From the NCBI GenBank assembly GCA_963779415.1, contig CAVZYA010000001.1:1280001-1344000 (forward strand): DNA of 64,000 bases, given 5' to 3'. The DNA is from an uncultured Acidobacteriota bacterium. Its GTDB lineage: Bacteria; Acidobacteriota; Thermoanaerobaculia; UBA5066. The notes under the pieces were generated by a model. The model saw only the letters and a list, made by a program, of their open reading frames with translations, ran no database searches and was not told the origin of the DNA. Shown here in pieces: positions 45,526-55,570 of this stretch (position 1 is the first letter of the stretch; each line of letters starts with the position of its first letter). The position numbers and the translations under genes were made by a program.

Positions 45526-46208
45526 GGCTTCTCTCCGAAGGACACACGGACGAACTCGGGGTAGCGGCTCCGGATCTCCTCCCGCAGGAGCTTCCGGGCC
45601 TGGAAGAGATGGTTTCGCACGGTCGACTCCCGGCAGTCGAGAATGGCGGCGACCTCCCGGCTCTCGCGCTCCTCGAACTCGCGAAGAACGAAGACGAGCC
45701 GCTGCTTCTCCGAGAGGACCGTGGAGCACTCTTCGAAGATCCGGCGGATCTCCTGCCGCTCGAGGCCGGAGGGCCCCTCGGGCTCGGCCGAAAGACCGCC
45801 CCGGACGAGACGGAAGCTCTCGACCTCGGTGCGTGCACGCGAGCGGCGCGCGCGCAGCGCGTCCACCGCGAGGTTGGATGCGATCCGGAAGAGCCAGGTC
45901 GAATAGGCCCACGCCGCGTCGTACCGATGCCGGTTCTCCCAGGCCCGTACGAACGTCAGCTGGGCCACATCCCGGGCGTCCTCGGCGTCGCCGAGGAGGC
46001 GCCGGAGAAAGGCGAGGAGGCCGGGTGACCGCCGCCGGACGATCTCGGCGAACGCCTCCGTGTCCCCCTCGCGAACCCTCTCCACGAGAAGGCTCTCGGG
46101 AAAGTCGGGACGGCCAGGGTCGGCGGTCGCCGGAGGGACCGGGCGTAGAAGATTCGGACGCATCTCGTCGACGCCTTCTACGTTTCCTGGCTCGTCTTCG
46201 TCTACCAC
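45522..46208 (-). CDS. ECF sigma factor
   Basis: GDTEAFAEIV, DAEDARDVAQLTF, WLFRIASN, TVRNHLFQARKLL; start may be ATG 46163. Confidence 0.9.
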   Translation of the reverse strand: MVDEDEPGNVEGVDEMRPNLLRPVPPATADPGRPDFPESLLVERVREGDTEAFAEIVRRRSPGLLAFLRRLLGDAEDARDVAQLTFVRAWENRHRYDAAWAYSTWLFRIASNLAVDALRARRSRARTEVESFRLVRGGLSAEPEGPSGLERQEIRRIFEECSTVLSEKQRLVFVLREFEERESREVAAILDCRESTVRNHLFQARKLLREEIRSRYPEFVRVSFGEKP

Positions 46209-46324
46209 GTCTCTCCATTCACCAAGGCGGCCCGGTCCTGCGAACTCCTCCCCGCGCAAGGCCGGGCGCCAGTATAATCCGACAAGGCTTGGAGAATCCC
46301 GCTAAGTCTCTGCCGCCATATAAC

Positions 46325-47560
46325 TTGCGGACGAAGGACGGCGAACGGCCGATTGCCGGTCCCGCAAAAGCCGGTGAGATCTCCCTCTGGTCCCTGGTCC
46401 GTGAGCGGCTGCTCCCCGATTCCGGCGGGGCCCGCGCGGAAATCTGGCTGCAGGCCGTCTCGGTAGGCGAGGTGGAGATCGCGGCCACGCTCGTCGCGGC
46501 AATCCGGGAAAAGGAGCCGGCGACCGCGCTCCTCGTCACCGCCACGACACCCGCGGGAGTCTCGCTTCTTCCGGTCCGTTTTGGGGGGATTCCCGGCGTG
46601 GCGCTGCGTCCGTTTCCACTCGATTTCGGCTTCTCGGTCCGCCGCTTCCTCGACGCCGTCCGGCCGTGGATCCTCGTCCTCGTCGAGACCGAGCTCTGGC
46701 CCGTCGCCCTCGCCGAGGCGGGGCGCCGGGGGGTCCCCGTCGTGATCGTGAACGGACGGCTTTCGGAGAAGTCGGAGCGCCGCCTCCGGCTCGCCGGACC
46801 GCTCTTTCGGTCGGCGCTTGACGCGGTCACCCGGGTCGCGGCCCGTACTCCCGAGGACGCGGCGCGCTTCGTCGAGGCCGGCATCGCGTCCGATCGGGTC
46901 TTCGTGGCGGGGGACCTGAAGCTCGATCGCGCCGAGGCGTTCGAACCTGATTTCGCCGCACGCGTCCGCACCCTCTCGGCAGGGCGTCCCGTCGTGGTGG
47001 CGGGCTCGCTCGCCGAGGAGGAGATCCCGACGGCGCTCGCGGCCCGGCGCCTCCTCGAATCGGAGGGGATTTCGACCCTCTTTCTCATCGCCCCGCGGCA
47101 GCCCTCCTCGTTCGACGCGGCCGCGCACCGGTGCGCCTCCGCGGGCCTCGCCGTCGTCCGCCGGAGCGAGCCGGAGAGAGCCGGCGAGCGCGCGGACGTC
47201 TTCCTCCTCGATACGATCGGCGAGCTCGCCTCGGCCTATCGGTGCGGCGTCGCCTCGATCCTCGGCGGGACCTTCGTGGAGAAGGGGGGGCATAACGTTC
47301 TGGAGCCGCTTCGGGCCGGGCTCCCCGTGGTGCATGGCGGATCCATCGAGAACATCCGCGCCCTTCTCGACGGGGCGGCGGGCGCCGCCTTTCCGGCGCG
47401 CGACGGCGAAGAAGCGGGACGGACGCTCGCCGCGCTCCTCCGCGACGAGGCGGCCCTCCGGCGCGCCGCGGAGGCCGCGGCTTCTCTCTTTTCCCGAAGC
47501 GCCGGCGCCACGTCGCGTGCCGTCGAGATGATCCTCGCCCTCCGGAGACGGCCGGCGTGA
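46325..47560 (+). CDS. waaA: Kdo transferase
   Basis: IWLQAVSVGEV, ETELWP, NGRLSEKS, GDLKLD, LDTIGEL, GGHNVLEP; start uncertain. Confidence 0.88.
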   Translation: MRTKDGERPIAGPAKAGEISLWSLVRERLLPDSGGARAEIWLQAVSVGEVEIAATLVAAIREKEPATALLVTATTPAGVSLLPVRFGGIPGVALRPFPLDFGFSVRRFLDAVRPWILVLVETELWPVALAEAGRRGVPVVIVNGRLSEKSERRLRLAGPLFRSALDAVTRVAARTPEDAARFVEAGIASDRVFVAGDLKLDRAEAFEPDFAARVRTLSAGRPVVVAGSLAEEEIPTALAARRLLESEGISTLFLIAPRQPSSFDAAAHRCASAGLAVVRRSEPERAGERADVFLLDTIGELASAYRCGVASILGGTFVEKGGHNVLEPLRAGLPVVHGGSIENIRALLDGAAGAAFPARDGEEAGRTLAALLRDEAALRRAAEAAASLFSRSAGATSRAVEMILALRRRPA

Positions 47561-48588
47561 GCGGCACCGGGCTCCTGGCGCCCCTCGCGGCGCTCTACGG
47601 CGCCGGCGTCGGCGCGCGCCTGGCCCTCTACCGCGCCGGCATTCTCCGCGTCCGCGAAGCGTCGCGGCCGGTGATCTCGGTCGGGAACGTGGCGGCAGGC
47701 GGCACCGGGAAGACCCCCTTCGTCCGCTGGCTCGCCGGAGAGCTTTTCGCGCGGGGGGAGCGTCCGGCAATTCTCACGCGAGGGTACGGACGGCGGAGCC
47801 GCGGCCTCGTCGTCGTCTCGGACGGGGCGGGGACGCTAGCGCCGGCGGACCTCTCCGGCGACGAGCCCGCCGTTCTCGCCCGTGCCCTTCCGCGCGTCCC
47901 GGTCGTCGCAGACCCCCGCCGGCTCCGCGCCGCGGAGCGTGCCCTCGCGATCGCGCCCGACGTCGCCCTATTCCTCCTCGACGACGGCTTCTCGCACGTC
48001 GCCCTCTCCCGAGACGTCGACGTCGTCCTCCTCGACGCGACGGCCCCGGACGCCGGCGGGGCGCTCCTGCCGGCCGGGCGTCTCCGAGAGCCCCTCGACT
48101 CGCTCGCCCGGGCCGATTTCATCGTCGTCACGAAGGCCGAGCAGGCGGATCCGGGCCCTGCGGTCGACCTCGCCGCCCGTCATGCGCCCGGTGTGCCGGT
48201 CTACCACGCCATCACCGAGGTGACGGGAATCCTCGACGGCCATGGAGCGTCGCTCCAACCGAAGGACGTGACCGCGCGGGAGGTGGTGGCGGTCTGCGGG
48301 CTCGCCCGTCCGGAGGCCTTCGCCGCGACGCTCGCAACGCTCGGCGTCCGTCCGGCGGCCTTCCTCGCGTTCCGGGACCACGTCCGTTACGGCGGCGCGG
48401 AGATCGGCCGGATCGAGCGGGCCGCCCTGGAGACGGGCGCCGGTGCGATCGTGACGACGGAAAAGGATGCCGTGAAGCTCGAGACGATCTGCGCGATCCC
48501 GCTCGTCGTGGTGGCCGTCCGGATGCGCGTCGTCGAGCCCGACTTCGTGAGCGCGCTTCTGGCGCACCTCTCGCGGAGGCCTTCCTGA
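47557..48588 (+). CDS. lpxK: Tetraacyldisaccharide 4'-kinase
   Basis: SVGNVAAGGTGKTP, LTRGYGR, GDEP, LDDGFSH, LLPAGRLREP, TTEKDAVK. Confidence 0.94.
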   Translation: MSGTGLLAPLAALYGAGVGARLALYRAGILRVREASRPVISVGNVAAGGTGKTPFVRWLAGELFARGERPAILTRGYGRRSRGLVVVSDGAGTLAPADLSGDEPAVLARALPRVPVVADPRRLRAAERALAIAPDVALFLLDDGFSHVALSRDVDVVLLDATAPDAGGALLPAGRLREPLDSLARADFIVVTKAEQADPGPAVDLAARHAPGVPVYHAITEVTGILDGHGASLQPKDVTAREVVAVCGLARPEAFAATLATLGVRPAAFLAFRDHVRYGGAEIGRIERAALETGAGAIVTTEKDAVKLETICAIPLVVVAVRMRVVEPDFVSALLAHLSRRPS

Positions 48589-48589
48589 C

Positions 48590-49483
48590 ATGCCGCGTCG
48601 CCGCTCGGACGTCCGCAACCGGATCGAGTCATTCGGCGTTGACCTCCTTCTGGCCGCGGCGCGCCGCGGCACGCCGGAGGGAGCCGAATCGGCCGGACGC
48701 CGCCTCGGCAGGCTCTACCGGGCGATCGACCGGAAACGGCGCGATCTCGCGGAAGAGAATCTTTCGCGCGCCTTCCCCGACAAGCGGCCGGAAGAGATCG
48801 AGGCACTCTCGATCGCCGTCTTCGAGCACTTCGGCGGCGTCGCGGCGGACGTCCTCCACACCTTCGGCAGCTCTCCGGAAGCGCTCGACGCGCGGGTCTC
48901 GGTCTCCGGCGAGGAGCGGATTCGCGCGGGGCTCGCCTCCGGGCGCGGACTCTTCCTCCTGACCGCCCATCTCGGGAACTGGGAGTACTCGGCCCTCGCG
49001 ACCGCCGCCGCCGGCTTTCCCTGCACGGTCATCGCGCGGCCGCTCGACAACCCGCTTCTCGAGCGGCTTCTGAAGAGCTTCCGGGAGCGAAGCGGGAACA
49101 GCGTCGTCTACAAGACGGACGCGGCGCGCGAGATGCTCCGGGTCCTGCGCCGCGGCGGCATCGTCGGAATCCTGGCGGACCAGCATGCGCGGACGTCCGA
49201 CGGCGTCGTGGTCCCGTTCTTCGGGCGCCCGGCCGCGACGACCTCGATCGTCGCCCGCCTCGCCGACCGGACGGAGGCGTTGATCGTTCCTGCCGTCTGC
49301 GCCCGGACGGCCCCGGCTCGCTACCACCTCTCCTTCGAGCCGGGGATCGACGTCCGATCTCTGTCGCCTGCGGAGCGCGAGCCCGAGCCGCTCACGGCCC
49401 GGCTGACTCTCGAGGTGGAGCGTCTCGTCCGCCGCACTCCCGAGCAGTGGCTCTGGCTCCACAACCGCTGGCGGCTCGACTGA
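48590..49483 (+). CDS. Lipid A late acyltransferase (LpxL/HtrB family)
   Basis: AHLGNWE, LADQ, VPFFGRPA, PEQWLWLHNRW. Confidence 0.9.
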   Translation: MPRRRSDVRNRIESFGVDLLLAAARRGTPEGAESAGRRLGRLYRAIDRKRRDLAEENLSRAFPDKRPEEIEALSIAVFEHFGGVAADVLHTFGSSPEALDARVSVSGEERIRAGLASGRGLFLLTAHLGNWEYSALATAAAGFPCTVIARPLDNPLLERLLKSFRERSGNSVVYKTDAAREMLRVLRRGGIVGILADQHARTSDGVVVPFFGRPAATTSIVARLADRTEALIVPAVCARTAPARYHLSFEPGIDVRSLSPAEREPEPLTARLTLEVERLVRRTPEQWLWLHNRWRLD

Positions 49484-49492
49484 GCTTTCGAC

Positions 49493-49525
49493 ACAAACGA
49501 AACGCCCCGGCTTTCGCCGGGGCGT
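49493..49525 (-). terminator. Intrinsic terminator, possibly bidirectional
   Basis: ACGCCCCGGC-GAAA-GCCGGGGCGT followed by TTCGTTTGT between convergent genes. Confidence 0.75.
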
Positions 49526-49551
49526 CGTGAAGTTCGAGATGTCTTTCTGTC

Positions 49552-49956
49552 TTACTGCTTGGGCGCCGTGGCCGGCTTGGCGGCAGCCGGGGCGGTGGAC
49601 GGCTTGGTGGCCTCGGTGGCCGACTTGGCGGACTCGGTGGCCGACTTGGCGGACTCGGTGGCCGACTTGGCGGCGGCGGTGGACGACTTGGCGGACTCGG
49701 TAGCCGCAGCAGCCGACTCGGTGGAGGCCTTGGCGGCCTTCTGGGCCTTCTTGGTCTTGTGGGTGGTGTGCTTCTTCGTGGTCGCCGGCTTGGCCGCCGT
49801 GGTGGCGGGGGCGGCGGCGGCCGCGGCCGTGGCCGGGGCGGCGGCGACCGCAGTGGTGGCCGGCTTGGCGGGTTCAGCCTTCTTCGGCTCGTCGGCAAAC
49901 GCCGAACCGAGCGAAAGAACGGCAACCGCAACGAGCGTCGAAAGGGTCTTCTTCAT
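49552..49956 (-). CDS. Secreted low-complexity Ala/Lys/Thr protein, Asr-like
   Basis: GGAGG RBS; MKKTLS...SAFA signal; KKHTTHKTKKAQKAAK; SATESAK repeats. Confidence 0.75.
   Translation of the reverse strand: MKKTLSTLVAVAVLSLGSAFADEPKKAEPAKPATTAVAAAPATAAAAAAPATTAAKPATTKKHTTHKTKKAQKAAKASTESAAAATESAKSSTAAAKSATESAKSATESAKSATEATKPSTAPAAAKPATAPKQ
49612..49724. repeat. 21-bp coding tandem repeat (about 3 near-perfect plus 2 degenerate copies)
   Basis: Unit CTCGGTGGCCGACTTGGCGGA. Confidence 0.85.
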
Positions 49957-50021
49957 TTCGGTTCCTCCGTTATTTCCCCTTTGTCTGTGGCCGGCTCGGG
50001 GTTGACCGACACAACCCTCCA

Positions 50022-50038
50022 CGCAACCGCGCTGCCAG
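50022..50038 (-). promoter_or_regulatory. sigma54 (-24/-12) promoter
   Basis: CTGGCAGCGCGGTTGCG with exact GG-N10-GC spacing, about 65 nt upstream of the ATG. Confidence 0.7.
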
Positions 50039-50217
50039 CCGCCACCGTCCGCGGGCGGCAAGGGTTCAAACCCTTCAAGAAGAGTATTTTACGGAGATCC
50101 AGAGGAGCTGGCGTGCCGAGTCGAGCCGCGCCGAGTACACCTTTACGTGCTGACCGAAAGACTGAAACCGTTCCGGAAGAAGACCGAACGGGCGGGGGCT
50201 GTTGCCCCCGAACCCCC

Positions 50218-50799
50218 TCACTTCAGCTCGACGTTCCAGTAGGCCATGTCGAGGAAGTTCTTCCACGTCGGGTGGATCCGCTGCGGCGAGAGGAGCCCGA
50301 GCGGCGTCGCTTTCGGCCGGATCGGAGCACGGCGAAGCCGCATCCCCGCCTCCTCCGGCACGCGGTTCCCCTTTCTCACGTTGCAGGGGAGGCAGGCACA
50401 GACCACGTTCTCCCAGTTCGTCGGCCCGCCCCTCGAGAGAGGGATGACGTGGTCGAGCGACAGCTCCGAGGTGGAGTGCCTCCGCCCGCAGTACTGGCAC
50501 CGGTTCCCGTCCCGGGTGTAGATGTTGTGGCGTGAGAACTTCACCTCCGGGCGTGGCGGCCGGTCGGAGGACAGAAGCTGGATGACGCGCGGGATCCGGA
50601 GGACGAGATTCGGCGTCGCGATCACGTCGTCCTCGGGCTGCGGCGGGATGTCGCACCACTCGTCCCACGCGTACGTCGTGTAGTCCGGAAGAACCGCGCA
50701 GACGTGCCCCTTGTAGAAGAGAGTGAAGCAGCGCTTGACGTCGGTGAGGGTCACCGCCGCGAACGAGCGGTTGAGGACCAGCACCGGCGACTCCAACAT
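50218..50799 (-). CDS. HNH endonuclease
   Basis: VLVLN, FSRHNIYTRDGNRCQYCG, LDHVIPLSRGG, WENVVCACLPCNVRKG. Confidence 0.92.
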   Translation of the reverse strand: MLESPVLVLNRSFAAVTLTDVKRCFTLFYKGHVCAVLPDYTTYAWDEWCDIPPQPEDDVIATPNLVLRIPRVIQLLSSDRPPRPEVKFSRHNIYTRDGNRCQYCGRRHSTSELSLDHVIPLSRGGPTNWENVVCACLPCNVRKGNRVPEEAGMRLRRAPIRPKATPLGLLSPQRIHPTWKNFLDMAYWNVELK

Positions 50800-50830
50800 G
50801 GTCGAAGGATAGCGTAACGTCGGCCTGTCG

Positions 50831-51829
50831 ATGCGCGTCCTCTTCGTCCGGCTCTCGTCGTTCGGCGACGTCGTCTTCGCGCTCCCCGCGGCCCGGGCGA
50901 TCCGCCTCGCGCGGCCGGGGACGACGCTCGCCTGGGCGATCGAGCCGGCGCTCGCGCCGCTCGTACGCGGCGCCTCCTTCGTGGACGAGGTTCTCGAGGC
51001 GGACACGAGGGGATGGCGGCGGTCCATTGCGGCAAGGACGACGCACAGGGAGATCCGGGATTTTCTTAGAAAGGAAAGAGAATTTCCCCCGGATCTCGTG
51101 GTGGACGCGCAAGGACTCCTAAAAAGCGCGCTGGTCACCGCCTCGGTGAGCGCTCCCCGGAAGGTCGGCTTCGGATGGCGGACGGCGACGGAGCGGGTGA
51201 ACTGCCTCTTCACGCGGGAGCATGTCGAGGCCGCAGGGCGCCCCCACGTCCTCGACCGGATGCTCGCCCTCGCCGAGCACGTCACGGGAGAGAGCGGCTT
51301 CGACCGCGTCCCGGACGTGCGGCATCTCGTCGACAGAGAAGATCCCGTGGTCGACGAATGGCTGAAGCGATACGGGATGCGTCCGTTCGCGGTGTTGCAG
51401 CCGTTTTCTTCGAAGGTGGACAAGGAGTGGCGCGCGGCCGACGTCATTGCCTTTGCGGAACGGCTCCGGGGCGGAGGCACACAGCCCGTCGTGCGATGGG
51501 GCCCCGGCGAGGAGAGCCGGGCCCGGGAGCTTCAGGACCTTTCGAAGAATCTTCTTCTTCTGGCCCCTCCCACGACTCCGGCGTCCACCGCGCGCCTCGC
51601 CTCCCGCGCGAGACTCTTCATCGGCGTTGACAGCGGACCGACGCACCTCGCCGCCGCGGCCGGCACGCCCACGCTCGCCCTGTTCGGCCCGACCGACCCC
51701 GCCCGCTTCGGCTCCGTCGGACCGAGGGTCGAGATCCTCTGCGCGCGGCCGGGCGCTTACAATCCGGAGACGGGGATGGGGGTCCCGCCGGATGAGGTTC
51801 TTGCCGCGATCGATCGGCTCCTCCGCTGA
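50831..51829 (+). CDS. waaC: LPS heptosyltransferase I (GT9)
   Basis: VRLSSFGDVVFALP, DAQGLLKSA, GVDSGPTHLAAA, LFGPTDP. Confidence 0.82.
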   Translation: MRVLFVRLSSFGDVVFALPAARAIRLARPGTTLAWAIEPALAPLVRGASFVDEVLEADTRGWRRSIAARTTHREIRDFLRKEREFPPDLVVDAQGLLKSALVTASVSAPRKVGFGWRTATERVNCLFTREHVEAAGRPHVLDRMLALAEHVTGESGFDRVPDVRHLVDREDPVVDEWLKRYGMRPFAVLQPFSSKVDKEWRAADVIAFAERLRGGGTQPVVRWGPGEESRARELQDLSKNLLLLAPPTTPASTARLASRARLFIGVDSGPTHLAAAAGTPTLALFGPTDPARFGSVGPRVEILCARPGAYNPETGMGVPPDEVLAAIDRLLR

Positions 51830-52631
51830 GAAGCCGGGCGTCGCTCGCGGACGCCTCGCGGCCGCACTCCTCTTCGTCCTGCTCGCGGCCGGCCTCGGGG
51901 CGGCGCCCTCCGCTCTCCCGAACGCAAACCGCGAGAGCCTCCCGAAAGACCAGCTCTTCCCCGTTCCGTTCCTCCCGGGCGAGCGGCTCGTCTACACGAT
52001 CGCGTGGCTCAAGATCGAGGGGGGCGAGATGACGCTCTCCGCGGCCCGGGGGGCCTCCCCGGACGGCGTCCCGATCCACCACCTCCTTCTGACGGCCGTC
52101 TCGAACGACTATGTCTCGAAGTTCTATCCCGTGAACACGCGCTACGAGACGTGGGTGGACGCCCGGGACTTTCAGCCGCTCCGCTTCGAGAAGCGGGCCC
52201 GCGAAGGACGCTACAGCTCGGACGAGGTGGAGGAGTTCGACCTCGGCCGGCGGATCGCGTCCTGGCGGACGGACCGGACTCCCCTCCCCGAGCGGGTGGA
52301 GGACATCATCTCGTCCTTCTATTACATGCGCTCGCAGCCGCTCGTTCCCGGAAACGACATCCCTCTCGACATGTTCTCGCGGGGAAAGATCTACCGGCTC
52401 GTCGTCCACGTCCAGGAGAAGGAGACCGTCGAGACCGAGGCCGGCACGTTCGAGGCGATCCGCGTCCAGCCGGCCATGCTCGGACGGGACGGGGAGGACC
52501 GGAACCGGGGAAAGCTCTTTCTCTGGTTCTCGGACGACGAGCGGCGGCTCCCCGTGATGGCGCGCACGATCCTGCCGATCGGCTCGGTCTCGGCCCGGCT
52601 CAAGCGTGTCGAGCCGGGGGGCGGCGGCTGA
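51792..52631 (+). CDS. DUF3108 family exported protein
   Basis: PGERLVYTIAW, SSFYYMR, ETVETEAGTFEA, LWFSDDERRLPV; start uncertain. Confidence 0.75.
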   Translation: MRFLPRSIGSSAEKPGVARGRLAAALLFVLLAAGLGAAPSALPNANRESLPKDQLFPVPFLPGERLVYTIAWLKIEGGEMTLSAARGASPDGVPIHHLLLTAVSNDYVSKFYPVNTRYETWVDARDFQPLRFEKRAREGRYSSDEVEEFDLGRRIASWRTDRTPLPERVEDIISSFYYMRSQPLVPGNDIPLDMFSRGKIYRLVVHVQEKETVETEAGTFEAIRVQPAMLGRDGEDRNRGKLFLWFSDDERRLPVMARTILPIGSVSARLKRVEPGGGG

Positions 52632-52650
52632 ACGGTCTAGAATCGCGGCG

Positions 52651-54378
52651 ATGGCACTGAAGCTCGGGGATCTCCTTCTCAAGGCGAAGCTCATCACGCA
52701 GGAACAGCTGGCCGAGGCGCTCAAGATCCAGCAGTCCTCCGGCCTGAAGCTCGGAGAAGCCCTCGTCAAGCTCGGCGCCGTCACCGAGGACGACATCACG
52801 GAGACGCTCTCGGCCCAGTTCGGAGTCCCGTCGATCAATCTCTCGCACTTCGAGATCGACCCGAGCGTCCTGAAGCTCGTCGCCGCGGACGTGGCGCGGA
52901 AGTACAACATCCTCCCGGTCAACAAGACGGGAGCCACGGTCACGATCGCGATGTCGGACCCGACGAACGTCTTCGCGCTCGACGACATCAAGTTCATGAC
53001 GGGCTACAACGTCGAGCCCGTCGTCGCCTCGGAGCAGAGCCTCCAGCTCGCCATCGACCGCCACTACGGGGCGACCCGCGCCCTCGAGCTGAAGAAGGTC
53101 ATGGAGGAGATGTCCGCGGTCGAGACGCAGGACACGAACCTCGAGGTCGTCGAGGAGGCCGAGGACGAGGCGATCGACCTCGAGCGGCTCGCCGAGGAAG
53201 GCGAGGAGGCGCCGGTCATCCGCCTCGTCAACATCATCCTGACGGACGCCATCAAGCGCGGCGCCTCGGACATCCACATCGAGCCGTACGAGAAGGAGTA
53301 CCGGGTCCGCTACCGGATCGACGGCATCCTCTACGAGGTCATGAACCCGCCGCCGAAGCTCCGGGAGGCGATCGCCTCCCGCGTGAAGATCCTCGCGAAG
53401 CTCGACATCGCCGAGAAGCGGCTCCCGCAGGACGGGCGGATCAAGATCAAGATGAAGCTGGCCGGGAAGACGAAGGAGCTGGACTACCGCGTCTCGACGC
53501 TCCCGACCCTCTTCGGCGAGAAGATCGTCTGTCGGCTTCTCGACAAGGACAACCTGATGCTCGACATGACGAGGCTCGGCTTCGAGCGCGAGAGCCTCAA
53601 CCGCTTCGAGAAGGCGATCCTCCGCCCGTGGGGGATGGTCCTCGTCACCGGGCCGACCGGCTCCGGCAAGACGAACACGCTCTATTCGGCCCTGTCGCGG
53701 ATCAATACACCCGAGACGAACATCATGACGGCCGAGGACCCGGTCGAGTTCAACCTGCCCGGCGTCAACCAGGTCCAGATGAAGGACGCCATCGGTCTGA
53801 ACTTCGCGGCCGCGCTCCGCTCGTTCCTCCGGCAGGACCCGAACATCATCCTCGTCGGCGAGATCCGCGACTTCGAGACGGCCGAGATCGCGGTGAAGGC
53901 CGCGCTCACGGGCCACCTCGTCCTCTCGACCCTCCACACGAACGACGCCCCTTCCACGATCAACCGGCTCATGAACATGGGGATCGAGCCGTACCTCGTC
54001 GCGACGTCGGTCATCCTCATCGCGGCGCAGCGTCTCATCCGCCGCGTCTGCACGAACTGCAAGGGCCCGACCGAGGTCGCACCGCAGGTCCTCGTCTCCC
54101 TCGGTTTCACGCCCGAGGAGGCGAAGTCCGTCCAGGTCATGAAGGGAAAAGGGTGCGACCGCTGCAACAACACGGGCTACAAGGGGCGCGTCGCGCTGAT
54201 CGAGGTCATCGAGGTCTCCGAGGAGATCCGGGAGATGATTCTCTCGGGCGCCTCTTCGATCGAGATCAAGCGCAAGGGGATCGAGGAAGGGATGATCTCG
54301 CTCCGCCGATCGGGCCTCGTCAAGATCAAGGAAGGGATCACGACGATCGAGGAGGTCGTCCGGGAGACGGTCCTCTAG
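52651..54378 (+). CDS. pilB: Type IV-A pilus assembly ATPase
   Basis: KLGDLLL MshEN-like start, ASDIHIEP, GPTGSGKT, AEDPVEF, LRQDP; adjacent to pilT. Confidence 0.95.
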   Translation: MALKLGDLLLKAKLITQEQLAEALKIQQSSGLKLGEALVKLGAVTEDDITETLSAQFGVPSINLSHFEIDPSVLKLVAADVARKYNILPVNKTGATVTIAMSDPTNVFALDDIKFMTGYNVEPVVASEQSLQLAIDRHYGATRALELKKVMEEMSAVETQDTNLEVVEEAEDEAIDLERLAEEGEEAPVIRLVNIILTDAIKRGASDIHIEPYEKEYRVRYRIDGILYEVMNPPPKLREAIASRVKILAKLDIAEKRLPQDGRIKIKMKLAGKTKELDYRVSTLPTLFGEKIVCRLLDKDNLMLDMTRLGFERESLNRFEKAILRPWGMVLVTGPTGSGKTNTLYSALSRINTPETNIMTAEDPVEFNLPGVNQVQMKDAIGLNFAAALRSFLRQDPNIILVGEIRDFETAEIAVKAALTGHLVLSTLHTNDAPSTINRLMNMGIEPYLVATSVILIAAQRLIRRVCTNCKGPTEVAPQVLVSLGFTPEEAKSVQVMKGKGCDRCNNTGYKGRVALIEVIEVSEEIREMILSGASSIEIKRKGIEEGMISLRRSGLVKIKEGITTIEEVVRETVL

Positions 54379-54424
54379 GCCGTCGCGTATCATTGGGGAT
54401 GCCTCGTCCGAGGGGAGGGACCTG

Positions 54425-55549
54425 ATGGGAGCGACGCTGCACCAGCTCCTGAAGACGCTCGTGGAGCGCGGGGGCTCGGATCTTCACCTCACGACGAACT
54501 CGCCGCCGATGATCCGGGTCGACGGAGACCTCGTCCCGCTCGACTTCCCGCCCCTCACCGTCCCCGAGACGAAGCAGCTCATCTACTCGATCCTGACCGA
54601 CGTCCAGAAGCACCGCTTCGAGGAGAGCCTCGAGCTGGACCTCTCCTTCGGGGTCAAGGGGCTCGCGCGCTTCCGCGGGAACGTCTTCCTGCAGCGCGGG
54701 GCGGTCTCGGGGGCCTTCCGGCAGATCCCCTACGAGATCCTCGGCTTCCGCGAGCTGGGGGTTCCGCCCGTCGTCGAGCCCCTCTGCAACAAGCCGCGCG
54801 GGCTCGTGCTCGTCACCGGACCGACGGGATCGGGGAAGTCGACGACGCTCGCGACCATGATCGACAAGATCAACCGCGAGCAGCCGCGCCACATCGTCAC
54901 GATCGAGGACCCGATCGAGTTTCTCCACTCGCACAAACGCTGCATCGTCAACCAGCGGGAGCTGCACGCGGACACCCATTCCTTCCCGAACGCGCTTCGC
55001 GCCGTCCTGCGCGAGGACCCGGACGTCGTCCTCGTCGGCGAGATGCGCGACCTCGAGACGATGGACTGCGCCCTCCGGATCGCCGAGACGGGCCACCTGA
55101 CGATGGCGACGCTCCACACGAACAGCGCCGTCCAGACGCTGAACCGGATCATCGACTCGTTCCCCGCCAACCAGCAGCCGCAGGTCCGCGCGCAGCTCTC
55201 CTTCGTCCTCGAAGGCGTTCTCTGCCAGACCCTCCTGCCTCGCGCCTCGGGCCGCGGGCGCTGCCTCGCGATGGAGATCCTGATCCCGACCCCCGCGATC
55301 CGGAACCTCATCCGCGAGGACAAGCTCCACCAGATCTACTCGATGATGCAGACCGGTCAGAACAAGTACGGGATGCAGACCTTCAACCAGTCCCTCGCGA
55401 CGCTCGTCCACCGCCGCGTGATCTCGCAGGAGCTCGCGGTCTCGGTCTCCTCGCTCCCCGACGAGCTGATCGAGATGATCCAGAGAGGGGCCGGAGCGAC
55501 GACGGCGCAGGGCACCGTCCAGCCCGTGCCCGCGGCCCGCCGGGGCTGA
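54425..55549 (+). CDS. pilT: Pilus retraction ATPase
   Basis: SDLHL, GPTGSGKSTT, TIEDPIEF, LREDPD, AIRNLIRE, GMQT. Confidence 0.96.
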   Translation: MGATLHQLLKTLVERGGSDLHLTTNSPPMIRVDGDLVPLDFPPLTVPETKQLIYSILTDVQKHRFEESLELDLSFGVKGLARFRGNVFLQRGAVSGAFRQIPYEILGFRELGVPPVVEPLCNKPRGLVLVTGPTGSGKSTTLATMIDKINREQPRHIVTIEDPIEFLHSHKRCIVNQRELHADTHSFPNALRAVLREDPDVVLVGEMRDLETMDCALRIAETGHLTMATLHTNSAVQTLNRIIDSFPANQQPQVRAQLSFVLEGVLCQTLLPRASGRGRCLAMEILIPTPAIRNLIREDKLHQIYSMMQTGQNKYGMQTFNQSLATLVHRRVISQELAVSVSSLPDELIEMIQRGAGATTAQGTVQPVPAARRG

Positions 55550-55570
55550 GGCGGAGGAGGAAGGAGCGCC

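Noticed and set aside
50218-50799. HNH gene as a Cas9/IscB or homing element
   Set aside because: It is a short stand-alone HNH with no RuvC motifs, array or intron context, and host-like composition.
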